Source of the DNA: a virus
DNA length: 10,862 bases
UHGV virus genome: UHGV-1695878
Direction: 5' to 3' (one strand)
Shown here piece by piece: positions 1 through 6,935 of the stretch. The notes under the pieces were generated by a model. The model had not been told where the DNA came from. It worked only from the letters and a program-made list of their open reading frames with translations, and searched no databases. Every line of letters starts with the position of its first letter. Position 1 is the stretch's first letter. The translations under genes and the position numbers were made by a program.

Positions 1-82
1 AATTATTGATTTCCAGCGCCACCTGATGTTTCGCGGCTGCTTCAGCAACGGCTTTCACATCTATTTCATATTTGGGATTGCC
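1..82 (-). CDS. ycdX: 3' portion of a core-type chromosomal gene, PHP-family phosphoesterase (YcdX-like), apparently cut off at the island junction; continues leftward out of the window
   Basis: Reverse complement of 1..91 translates [30 protein letters not shown] with the frame open to the window edge. The stretch [27 protein letters not shown] matches what I remember of the C-terminal half of E. coli YcdX (there preceded by ISHP rather than YMIL). Codons are GCG/CTG/GTG-rich, unlike the AT-rich DNA to the right. Recall-based and unverified. Confidence 0.35.
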
Positions 83-121
83 TAATATCATGTACCCATC
101 AACACACGAGAGGATACAACG

Positions 122-391
122 ATGAACATTACCAAAGCAATCCATAACTATGCTCGCCGCCGTGGAATCGAACTTCAACTCGAAGATGAGCAGGTTAGAT
201 TCTGGGAGATAGAACAAGATTGTGAATGGATGTTCAGCTATTCGATTGCTCAATGTGGTTGCTTGTTCTGGAAAGGTAATGTGTATCTTCCTCGCGATAT
301 TAAAGAAGAACTTCCGGCGATGATTGGCACCGATAAGAAGTTAAAGGAAGTCTTAGATTTTATCTACAAAGAGTTTATTAGCAAGAAGTAA
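122..391 (+). CDS. hypothetical protein, 89 aa
   Basis: ATG 122, TAA 389..391; SD GAGGA about 7 nt upstream (gagaggatacaacgATG); followed by a hairpin terminator. No recognisable domain. An open minus-strand frame overlaps it, so strand choice rests on SD plus terminator. Confidence 0.55.
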   Translation: MNITKAIHNYARRRGIELQLEDEQVRFWEIEQDCEWMFSYSIAQCGCLFWKGNVYLPRDIKEELPAMIGTDKKLKEVLDFIYKEFISKK

Positions 392-401
392 TTTCTAATT
401 T

Positions 402-427
402 GGTGGGTGCAATTCCCACCGCTTTTT
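402..427 (+). terminator. rho-independent terminator
   Basis: GGTGGG-tgcaatt-CCCACC stem-loop followed by GCTTTTT. Confidence 0.5.
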
Positions 428-443
428 AAATGGAGAATCAAAC

Positions 444-527
444 ATGAATCTACTCATTTCTTTTGTGTGTAGTGTCTTCCTTGCAATCTTAAGTTCGGTT
501 TATATCGTCGTGGTAGCAGTGGGATAA
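444..527 (+). CDS. putative small hydrophobic peptide, 27 aa
   Basis: ATG 444 preceded by GGAGAA with 6-nt spacer; encodes MNLLISFVCSVFLAILSSVYIVVVAVG, a single hydrophobic helix. Below the ORF-track length cut-off; may be non-coding. Confidence 0.3.
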   Translation: MNLLISFVCSVFLAILSSVYIVVVAVG

Positions 528-532
528 TCAAA

Positions 533-655
533 ATGAAACAGTTTCATAATGGCATTTCATCTAAGACATTCAAGAAAGATTATTCAATTAGTATTAGCTG
601 GACTGATTTAATCTGCGCTGTGGCATTTGGTCTGATTATTAGCATTAACTTTTAA
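533..655 (+). CDS. putative small protein, 40 aa, hydrophobic C-terminus
   Basis: ATG 533, TAA 653..655; MKQFHNGISSKTFKKDYSISISWTDLICAVAFGLIISINF; weak SD. Speculative. Confidence 0.25.
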   Translation: MKQFHNGISSKTFKKDYSISISWTDLICAVAFGLIISINF

Positions 656-671
656 CGATATAAATATATCG
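656..671 (+). promoter_or_regulatory. AT-rich palindrome containing TATAAATA (T4 late-promoter-like and sigma70 -10-like) upstream of the 701..946 gene
   Basis: cgatata-aa-tatatcg, 7-bp inverted arms; TATAAATA at 659..666, about 35 nt upstream of ATG 701; a TTATTA -35-like hexamer lies 17 nt upstream (636..641). Confidence 0.3.
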
Positions 672-700
672 TAATTCAAATAACAAGAGGAAATTCTACT

Positions 701-946
701 ATGAAAAAGATTATCGCTGGTGTTGTTCTTGCTCTGGGTTTGGTTGGTGCTGCAAATGCCGAACAATATGTACAGGGTGATAGTGTCAAGCGTGCTGCCG
801 TTGCACCTTCTTTAAATCAACTGTGTACTGAATTAGCACAGGTTGCCGGAGTTGGTGACGATGACGACTTTATTACTGCGTGTGTATGGAGTCATATCGA
901 GGATATTAATAAACGTGATGCAAAACTAACTGGAAAGAAATATTAA
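701..946 (+). CDS. small secreted protein, 81-aa precursor with Sec signal peptide
   Basis: ATG 701 with SD AAGAGGAAA; N-terminus MKKIIAGVVLALGLVGAANA|EQ is a typical signal peptide with AxA cleavage site; mature part about 60 aa with two Cys and a DDDD acidic run; terminator hairpin downstream. Confidence 0.65.
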   Translation: MKKIIAGVVLALGLVGAANAEQYVQGDSVKRAAVAPSLNQLCTELAQVAGVGDDDDFITACVWSHIEDINKRDAKLTGKKY

Positions 947-962
947 TGACTTACTAACCAAT

Positions 963-999
963 GCCCCTATCGTTATAATACGCGGTAGGGGCGTTTTTG
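963..999 (+). terminator. rho-independent terminator
   Basis: GCCCCTAtcg...cgGTAGGGGC stem followed by GTTTTTGTTT. The loop contains TTATAAT, a possible weak promoter for the recombinase gene. Confidence 0.5.
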
Positions 1000-1011
1000 T
1001 TTGGAAATGGT

Positions 1012-2691
1012 ATGAAAACTAAACTGTATTCGTATATTCGCTTCTCGTCTATGCGTCAGAGTGATGGTTCGAGTTATGAACGACAAATCAGGATGGCGAG
1101 AGAGATTGCGGCAAAGTATGACTTAGAACTGGTAAATGATTATCAGGATCTGGGTGTATCTGCGTTTAAAGGTGCTAACTCTAAAACAGGGGCGCTATCT
1201 CGTTTCCTTGATGCAATAGGTAGATCCGTTCCTGTTGGTAGCTGGCTATTCATCGAAAACTTGGACCGTTTATCCCGTGCCGATATTGTCAGTGCGCAGG
1301 AGTTATTCCTTTCAATCATCCGTAGGGGGATAACCATTGTTACTGGCATGGATAACAAGATCTACTCGCTTGATACTGTTACCGCTAACCCGATGGACCT
1401 GATGTTCTCCATCCTTTTATTCATCCGTGGTAATGAGGAAAGCCAGACTAAGCGCAATCGTACTAACTCAAGCGCACTGATTAAGATTAAAGCCCATCAA
1501 GAAAATCCCCAGAATCCGGCAGTGGCAATCGAGGAAGTTGGAAAGAATATGTGGTGGACGGATACCACTTCCGGTTATGTGCTGCCTCATCCTACATACT
1601 TCCCTGTTGTTCAGGAGATTGTGGAATTACGGAAGAATGGACGTTCAACCGCCGAAATACTGGATCACCTTAACGAGACATATGCACCACCACCAGCAGT
1701 AAGCAACAAGAAGCATTCAAAATGGTCACGGGCAATGGTTGAAAGGTTGTTTCATACCCGCGCTTTGATTGGTATCAAGGAAATATCTGTAGATGGCGTT
1801 AACTATGAGTTAAAGGATTATTACCCTCGTGTTATTGATGACCCTACGTTCTATCACCTTAAGAAAAATATTGGTGCTAGAGCATGGAACTTTGGAGACA
1901 AGGAAGAAGTTAAACCGATCCCCCTGCTTAGTGGTATTGGCCTATTGAAATGTGATCATTGCGGTTGCGCTATGGTTAAAGTGAAGGGAACGAACAAACG
2001 TTCTGACCAGTATCGTTATACATGTGATGCGACCCGTTCACGTAGACTTGATTGCGAGCATCCAAACTGGAGTTTTCGAGGTGATCAATTAGAGAAAGCT
2101 GTATTGCAATTGCTGGCTGATAAAATCTGGATTGCTGAGGACAAGGCTAATCCGGTTCCGGCGTTGAAAGTACAGGTTGATGAAATATCACGCAAGATTG
2201 ATAACCTGATTGCCCTTTCTGCTATGACAGGAGCAACGAAGGAGCTAGCCGATCAGATTACTACCCTCAATAGCGAGCGTGAAACACTCTACAATCAGAT
2301 CAAGATGGCAGAAGAGGAAATGTATTCTGTTGACTCTCAAGGCTGGGAGAAGCTCGCAGAATTTGATTTAGAAGATGTTTACAACGAGGAACGACTAAAG
2401 GTCCGGTTTAAGATTAAGCAAGCTCTAAAGCGGATCGGGTGTAGCAGGATTGACAGGAATAAAAACTTGTTTGTACTGGAATACATCGATGGAAAGACCC
2501 AGAGAGTTGTAATAGAAAATTCAAGAGGAACGAGGAAAGGACAAATCTTTGTCGATTTGAAAACTATCAATGATAGGCAGATTCTGGAGAGTAACGGGCT
2601 TGTTTTGCATCCATGTTTAGACATGCTGACAGATAAGAACTGGAAACCAGAAGAGGAAATACCAGGTCCATTACAGGAATTTGGAATTTAA
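1012..2691 (+). CDS. large serine recombinase (phage integrase type), 559 aa
   Basis: ORF track starts at TTG 997 (MFGNGM..); I prefer the first ATG at 1012, giving MKTKLYSYIRFSSMRQ. N-terminal resolvase-type catalytic domain (Y-x-R-F-S-S..Q with presumptive catalytic Ser; ENLDRLSR), central recombinase domain, Cys-rich zinc ribbon (CDHCGC...YTCDATRSRRLDCEHP) and C-terminal coiled-coil region: the architecture of large serine recombinases. Confidence 0.9.
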   Translation: MKTKLYSYIRFSSMRQSDGSSYERQIRMAREIAAKYDLELVNDYQDLGVSAFKGANSKTGALSRFLDAIGRSVPVGSWLFIENLDRLSRADIVSAQELFLSIIRRGITIVTGMDNKIYSLDTVTANPMDLMFSILLFIRGNEESQTKRNRTNSSALIKIKAHQENPQNPAVAIEEVGKNMWWTDTTSGYVLPHPTYFPVVQEIVELRKNGRSTAEILDHLNETYAPPPAVSNKKHSKWSRAMVERLFHTRALIGIKEISVDGVNYELKDYYPRVIDDPTFYHLKKNIGARAWNFGDKEEVKPIPLLSGIGLLKCDHCGCAMVKVKGTNKRSDQYRYTCDATRSRRLDCEHPNWSFRGDQLEKAVLQLLADKIWIAEDKANPVPALKVQVDEISRKIDNLIALSAMTGATKELADQITTLNSERETLYNQIKMAEEEMYSVDSQGWEKLAEFDLEDVYNEERLKVRFKIKQALKRIGCSRIDRNKNLFVLEYIDGKTQRVVIENSRGTRKGQIFVDLKTINDRQILESNGLVLHPCLDMLTDKNWKPEEEIPGPLQEFGI

Positions 2692-2727
2692 GCGGCCTAA
2701 ATCGACGTATAACGAGCTAAAACAGTT

Positions 2728-2757
2728 AAGGGGTACAGATGTACCCCTTTTTAATTT
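2728..2757. terminator. bidirectional rho-independent terminator between convergent genes
   Basis: Perfect palindrome AAGGGGTAC-agat-GTACCCCTT followed by TTTAATTT; lies between the recombinase stop (2691) and the stop of the minus-strand gene (2765). Confidence 0.6.
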
Positions 2758-2764
2758 AATTGCG

Positions 2765-3940
2765 TTAGGCAGCATCTAAGAGAGTATTAAAGTATTCATC
2801 CATTAAATCAGGACTGTCGTCATCAATACAGAAAAATTCCGGTTTATTGATGCCGTAGAAGTGAGTATGTAGCTTGAATGTATCGTCATCAAATACATCT
2901 TTCGGGGATACCCACATATTAGCCTCGTCCGGTTGATTGGTTAGGTAGTCATAAACCAGTTGCTGTAAGTGTGGTAACTCATCAATAGTCAGAGTTTCCG
3001 ACCATCCATCCTTGAAATCTTTGTAGGGTGCTGCATGAGTCTTGAAGCGTTGTTTTACTTCATGCTCTAAATCAACGGCTTTCCAACCATCCTCAAACTC
3101 ATGAGTAAAGATTAAGCGGTGAGTGAAGTTGCTCTTTCTGGTTTGCTCTCTCATTCGTTCTTCTGGTTTTCGGGTAGTGATTCCAAATTTAATAAATTTG
3201 TCATCTAATAATTGAATGTAGAAACTAGCCTTACCCTGATAAGTCCGGTTAGACAGTTGCACCAGTTGGTCTTTAATGCAAAGCGGACAAGTGAAAGAAT
3301 CAGCACATCTTAAATGAGATTCCCATTCGTGGTTATGTGACTTGCAATAGGTTTTAAATTTAACATCCTTTAGGTGTGGGGTGTTTATGGTAAATCCTTT
3401 GAAGATGTAAGGTGTAGTCTCGCAACGTGCATTGATGATTGTCTCTTTGTCCTTAATAACTTCATCAAAAGTCTTGCCACTTCTTACCCGTTGGGATTTT
3501 TCAGCCATACAGATTTTGCAATCAAAATCGAAATCATCTTTGAGAGCATGTAATAGAGATGGCGTCATGATTTGATTGTGTTCAGGGCACAAAACACGGG
3601 CTTTCGTTCTATTTCGCCCTTTCCATTCTCCTTGCCATCCGAGGAATTTCTTTCCCTTCTCATTACAACGAGATTCCATTTTCAACCATACAGCCTTTTC
3701 AGTCTGGAGTAACTCACCCCCGTTAGTATCTTCCAGTTTGCGTAATTTGTAGTCCTTATATTCTTGTGTGTCTAAATTGTAGATTCGAAAGTAAGTGTGA
3801 TTACCCTTCCACGGTAGGATAAATCCACCAAATACGAAAGCAGGTTCCAGTTTAGCGATGATTCGTTGTTGGTACTCTTCCGGCGATAAACCGCGAGTTT
3901 TCTTAACAAAAGGAATTTCGGCAGCGTAAGCAAGTTTCAT
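2765..3940 (-). CDS. Cys-rich protein with T5orf172 (GIY-YIG-like) domain, 391 aa
   Basis: ORF track start at 4051 is TTG; the first ATG at 3940 has a strong SD (AGAGGAAActactATG), giving MKLAYAAEIPF... Cys clusters (CPEH...CKIC; CKSH...CADSFTCPLC) and a T5orf172-type core FYIQLLDDKFIKFGITTRKPEERMREQ. Family assignment from motif recognition only. Confidence 0.7.
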   Translation of the reverse strand: MKLAYAAEIPFVKKTRGLSPEEYQQRIIAKLEPAFVFGGFILPWKGNHTYFRIYNLDTQEYKDYKLRKLEDTNGGELLQTEKAVWLKMESRCNEKGKKFLGWQGEWKGRNRTKARVLCPEHNQIMTPSLLHALKDDFDFDCKICMAEKSQRVRSGKTFDEVIKDKETIINARCETTPYIFKGFTINTPHLKDVKFKTYCKSHNHEWESHLRCADSFTCPLCIKDQLVQLSNRTYQGKASFYIQLLDDKFIKFGITTRKPEERMREQTRKSNFTHRLIFTHEFEDGWKAVDLEHEVKQRFKTHAAPYKDFKDGWSETLTIDELPHLQQLVYDYLTNQPDEANMWVSPKDVFDDDTFKLHTHFYGINKPEFFCIDDDSPDLMDEYFNTLLDAA

Positions 3941-3999
3941 AGTAGTTTCCTCTAAAATAATAAGCTCACTACTATTTATTAGAGAAAATTGTCTTGCTA

Positions 4000-4027
4000 T
4001 TGCATTCTCTATCTGAATGTGTATAAT
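4000..4027 (+). promoter_or_regulatory. sigma70-type promoter for the 189-aa/uvsW operon
   Basis: TTGCAT (4000..4005), 16-nt spacer, TATAAT (4022..4027); oriented toward ATG 4095, leaving a leader of about 60 nt with SD AAGTGAGGT. Confidence 0.45.
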
Positions 4028-4094
4028 ATGCGACCCTAAATCCCAAACCAACCATATTGAGGTTATGCCTATAAGTTAAAAAAGTGAGGTCTAT

Positions 4095-4664
4095 ATGATT
4101 CCAGTAATGGCTAAAGATATTGTTTTTACTCCTAAATCCTCCCGTGCTGCAACTCCATCGGCATTAGAACAACGCATTCTGACTCACATCAAAGAGAAGG
4201 ACTTACCGTTAGTCTTTCATGGCTTTCTGGGTGAGTTTAAAGGGCTTCATTCAAGAATTGCTCTTACATGTACCCGATGCGGTAATAGAGCCGACAAATC
4301 AGCTACTAACCTGCTTAATGAAGGTAAACGATGTGTTTGCTTCAATAGTGACTACTTTCAATATAAAGCGGGTGTGCCTTATCTCTATGTAATGAAGTCT
4401 GGGGATATTGGTAAATTTGGTGTTACAAAGTCAATCATCAAGCGACGTGTTAATCTGGGTGTACGCAATCCCGGTCATAACTTTGATATTGTCTTTGCTC
4501 GTGAAATGCCATCAATGAAACATGCTTTAGCCACTGAAAGAGCAATAAAGAGATTACTGGATGTGGGTATAGGCGGGATTGAATACGGCAAAACTGAAAC
4601 ATTCCACTACTGCAATAAATCACTAAACAATATAAAGAATATTGCAAGTGTGGAGTGGAACTAA
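4095..4664 (+). CDS. small zinc-ribbon + T5orf172 (GIY-YIG-like) domain protein, 189 aa
   Basis: ATG 4095 with SD GTGAGGT; Cys cluster CTRCGN...CVCF; then YLYVMKSGDIGKFGVTKSIIKRRVNLG...ATERAIKRLL, a T5orf172/GIY-YIG-like motif. Stop TAA 4662..4664 overlaps the uvsW ATG (TAATG), implying translational coupling. Confidence 0.7.
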   Translation: MIPVMAKDIVFTPKSSRAATPSALEQRILTHIKEKDLPLVFHGFLGEFKGLHSRIALTCTRCGNRADKSATNLLNEGKRCVCFNSDYFQYKAGVPYLYVMKSGDIGKFGVTKSIIKRRVNLGVRNPGHNFDIVFAREMPSMKHALATERAIKRLLDVGIGGIEYGKTETFHYCNKSLNNIKNIASVEWN

Positions 4665-6154
4665 TGCAAGATATTAAAATTCATTTTCAAGATTACAGTT
4701 TCGTTAAGGTTGATTGCTCTCCTTCCATCGGAATGGAATTAAGAGATTATTTCTCGTTTGAGGTTGAAGGGGCTAAGTTTAGCCCCCGTTACAAGTATTC
4801 CGGCTGGGATGGACGAATAAGACTGTTTACGCATGAAAATACCCTACCAATTGGACTATTAAAAACATTGGGTGTCTTCGTTAAAAATATGGGCTATTCA
4901 GTCTGGATTGACCCGCGATTGCTTGAGAAGGAAGATGTAACCAAAGACGCGATTAATGAATGGATTGATTCCTTAGAAGTGTATTCCGGTTCCAATAAAA
5001 TCAATCCTTACTGGTATCAGCGTGAAGCAGTCTTTCAGGGTATCCATAATCGCCGGAGAATGTTAGTTCTTCCTACCAGTGCGGGTAAGTCATTGATTGC
5101 TTGTATGCTGTCTCGTTGGTACTTAGAGCATTACACCGGAAAGGTGTTAATCATTGTCCCGACTACATCGCTAGTGGTTCAAATGAGGGATGATTTTATC
5201 GATTATCGGTTATTCCCTTATGAAGCAATTCATACAATGATGAGTGGTAGCGGGAAACATCCGGGAGAAAGGCTAATCACTGTTTCAACATGGCAATCAG
5301 CTTGCAAGATGCCCCCTGAATGGTTCAAACAATATGGAATGTTGATAGTTGATGAATCGCATAAGGCTAGTGCCAAAAATATTACCAATATCATTAACGG
5401 AATGAATCATTGCCAATTTAAGATCGGCATGACTGGTTCCCCGAAAGAATCAAAGTGCCATTTAATGCAGTATGTCGGGCTTTTCGGTGATATTTCTAAG
5501 ATCGTGAGTATTGACCGCCTGATGGAAGAAGGGCAGGTGACAAAACTGAAAATTAACTGTCTTTTCCTTCGTTATACCGATGAGGAATGTAGCGCGGTTA
5601 AGGGGAGAGAATATGCGGAAGAGATCAAGTATATTACATCTAACCCACGACGTAATAAGTTTGCTTGCAATTTGGCGCTAAAACTCGCTAAGAAGGGCGA
5701 AAACGTATTCCTGATGTTCCGCAATACTAAGCACGGAAAACTTATGTATGACGCGTTACAGAAGGTACACGACAAGGTTTATTATATTGACGGTGGAGTT
5801 AAGACAGAAGAACGTGATGAATTTAAGAAAATGGCGGAGGGTGACACCGGGATCATTTGTGTTGCGTCTTATGGTGTGTTCTCTACTGGTGTTTCAATTA
5901 AGAATTTGCACCATGTTATTTTCGGTCATCCAGTGAAGGAATCAACTATCGTTCGTCAGAGTATCGGTCGTGCATTGCGTAAACATGGTTCTAAGGATAT
6001 TGCAACGGTCTGGGATCTTATAGATAGCCTATGCATAATCGGTCGTAACGGAAAAGTCAAGCGCAAAAATTACGCGGTAAAACATGCACTTGATAGAATC
6101 CGCTATTATGTGACCGACAAATTCGACTATACAACTAAAACAATTGCTATATAA
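4664..6154 (+). CDS. uvsW: UvsW-type SF2 DNA helicase (T-even phage-like), 496 aa
   Basis: Start taken as ATG 4664 (ORF track begins at GTG 4655); GGAG 8 nt upstream. N-terminus MQDIKIHFQDYSFVKVDC plus SF2 motifs LPTSAGKS (Walker A), IIVPTT, DESH, MTGSP and QSIGRALRK. Colinear over its whole length with phage T4 UvsW as I recall it (MDIKVHF..., about 500 aa). Confidence 0.9.
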   Translation: MQDIKIHFQDYSFVKVDCSPSIGMELRDYFSFEVEGAKFSPRYKYSGWDGRIRLFTHENTLPIGLLKTLGVFVKNMGYSVWIDPRLLEKEDVTKDAINEWIDSLEVYSGSNKINPYWYQREAVFQGIHNRRRMLVLPTSAGKSLIACMLSRWYLEHYTGKVLIIVPTTSLVVQMRDDFIDYRLFPYEAIHTMMSGSGKHPGERLITVSTWQSACKMPPEWFKQYGMLIVDESHKASAKNITNIINGMNHCQFKIGMTGSPKESKCHLMQYVGLFGDISKIVSIDRLMEEGQVTKLKINCLFLRYTDEECSAVKGREYAEEIKYITSNPRRNKFACNLALKLAKKGENVFLMFRNTKHGKLMYDALQKVHDKVYYIDGGVKTEERDEFKKMAEGDTGIICVASYGVFSTGVSIKNLHHVIFGHPVKESTIVRQSIGRALRKHGSKDIATVWDLIDSLCIIGRNGKVKRKNYAVKHALDRIRYYVTDKFDYTTKTIAI

Positions 6155-6188
6155 CAAAAAAAGCGCCTCTAGTGGGCGCTTTAATTTT
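6155..6188. terminator. bidirectional rho-independent terminator between convergent genes
   Basis: AAAAAA-AGCGCC-tctagtg-GGCGCT-TTAATTTT between the uvsW stop (6154) and the stop of the minus-strand peptidase gene (6187). Confidence 0.6.
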
Positions 6189-6540
6189 ATCCATTCCATC
6201 TAGCCTTATAACCACGGCTATCAATGTGCGTAAAGGTTTTGTATTTGCCTAAACCATACTGATCGGGATATCTGCTATCGAGATAAGAGTGAACGATATC
6301 AGGAGAGACACCTTTCACTACAATATCAGCAGCCTTGCCCGTGATATGAATCGAACGAGAAGCGCCACCAACTTTCTTATTGTGTGCCGGACAACGGTTA
6401 GCACTGTTAATAACTACTGGTTTCCCGAAGTGTTCGCGTACATCCTCAAGAATTGCCAGTAATTCAGCGTCTACTGTATCCTGTCCGCACTTCCCACATT
6501 TGCATTCAAATTCTTTACGTTTGAAGTAACGAGAGATCAT
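6187..6540 (-). CDS. M15-family zinc peptidase (small phage-type cell-wall peptidase), 117 aa
   Basis: N-terminal FKRKEFECKCGKCG motif and zinc-ligand pattern H-x6-D ... H-x-D (SIHITGKAAD ... THID), typical of small phage Peptidase_M15 proteins; SD AGGGGGTAAT; no signal peptide. Confidence 0.75.
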   Translation of the reverse strand: MISRYFKRKEFECKCGKCGQDTVDAELLAILEDVREHFGKPVVINSANRCPAHNKKVGGASRSIHITGKAADIVVKGVSPDIVHSYLDSRYPDQYGLGKYKTFTHIDSRGYKARWNG

Positions 6541-6549
6541 ATTACCCCC

Positions 6550-6897
6550 TTAAAGGTATTGGAAGATATACCCAATAAAGCGCATACCCTTGATGTAATA
6601 AGGTGTAGTGCCTAGACATACCGCTCGTGTATCGCCAATACAATTGAAGTTGTAAGGATTAACTACATCAATCTCCTGCCCTACACGAAAGCGATACTTA
6701 GGACGTTTAGCGAGTGTCGCAACACAAAACACTAGCCCGTTACCATCATCGCGGATCATTTGCTTGAATTGTTTATGCTGGACTCTCTTCGCCTCAAAAT
6801 CATGTGTCATTGATTCAGGGCTAATGCCATTAATAAAAATACCGGAAAGCTGATCGACCGGATAAGTAGGAAATTCAGTGAAAATATTTTTAGCCAT
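6550..6897 (-). CDS. hypothetical protein, 115 aa
   Basis: ATG with SD TGGGGGTATAAC; tightly packed in a same-strand gene series; no recognisable motif. Confidence 0.6.
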   Translation of the reverse strand: MAKNIFTEFPTYPVDQLSGIFINGISPESMTHDFEAKRVQHKQFKQMIRDDGNGLVFCVATLAKRPKYRFRVGQEIDVVNPYNFNCIGDTRAVCLGTTPYYIKGMRFIGYIFQYL

Positions 6898-6935
6898 GTT
6901 ATACCCCCATAAGTTTCTATGAGGGTATTTATGGA

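Noticed and set aside
92-340. Minus-strand frame of the YcdX-like fragment remains open from 92 to 340
   Set aside because: Beyond about position 82 the codon usage turns AT-rich, the residues expected in the chromosomal protein are absent and there is no SD-supported start; the plus-strand 122..391 ORF has SD and terminator. Interpreted as a fortuitous open frame across the junction.
1143-2624. Minus-strand ORFs 1143..1358 and 2379..2624 inside the recombinase gene
   Set aside because: Antisense to a well-supported gene with conserved catalytic motifs; no SD; low-complexity translations. Treated as chance open frames.
3941-3985. Weak inverted repeats in the divergent control region (AGTAGT...ACTACT; CTCTAAAATAA...TTATTAGAG)
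   Set aside because: Short, imperfect and in very AT-rich DNA; not distinguishable from chance without a binding-site model.
997-4655. Non-ATG starts used by the ORF track (TTG 997, TTG 4051 on the minus strand, GTG 4655)
   Set aside because: In each case an ATG with a well-spaced Shine-Dalgarno follows shortly (1012, 3940, 4664) and gives N-termini that fit the protein families, so the upstream extensions were trimmed.
4095-4664. Calling the 189-aa protein SegE, a canonical N-terminal GIY-YIG homing endonuclease
   Set aside because: The GIY-YIG-like motif is of the T5orf172 type and lies in the C-terminal half after a zinc ribbon, unlike Seg proteins; only the genomic position next to uvsW is analogous. 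No gene symbol assigned.
4450-5936. ORFs 4450..4647 (-), 5572..5775 (-) and 5748..5936 (+) overlapping the 189-aa gene and uvsW
   Set aside because: Embedded in or antisense to genes with clear motif support; no independent start signals.
6187-6540. Calling the M15 peptidase the endolysin of a canonical holin-endolysin-spanin cassette
   Set aside because: No holin with two or more TM helices and no lipoprotein o-spanin is evident; the peptidase could equally be a tail-associated or exclusion function. Left as a family-level call.
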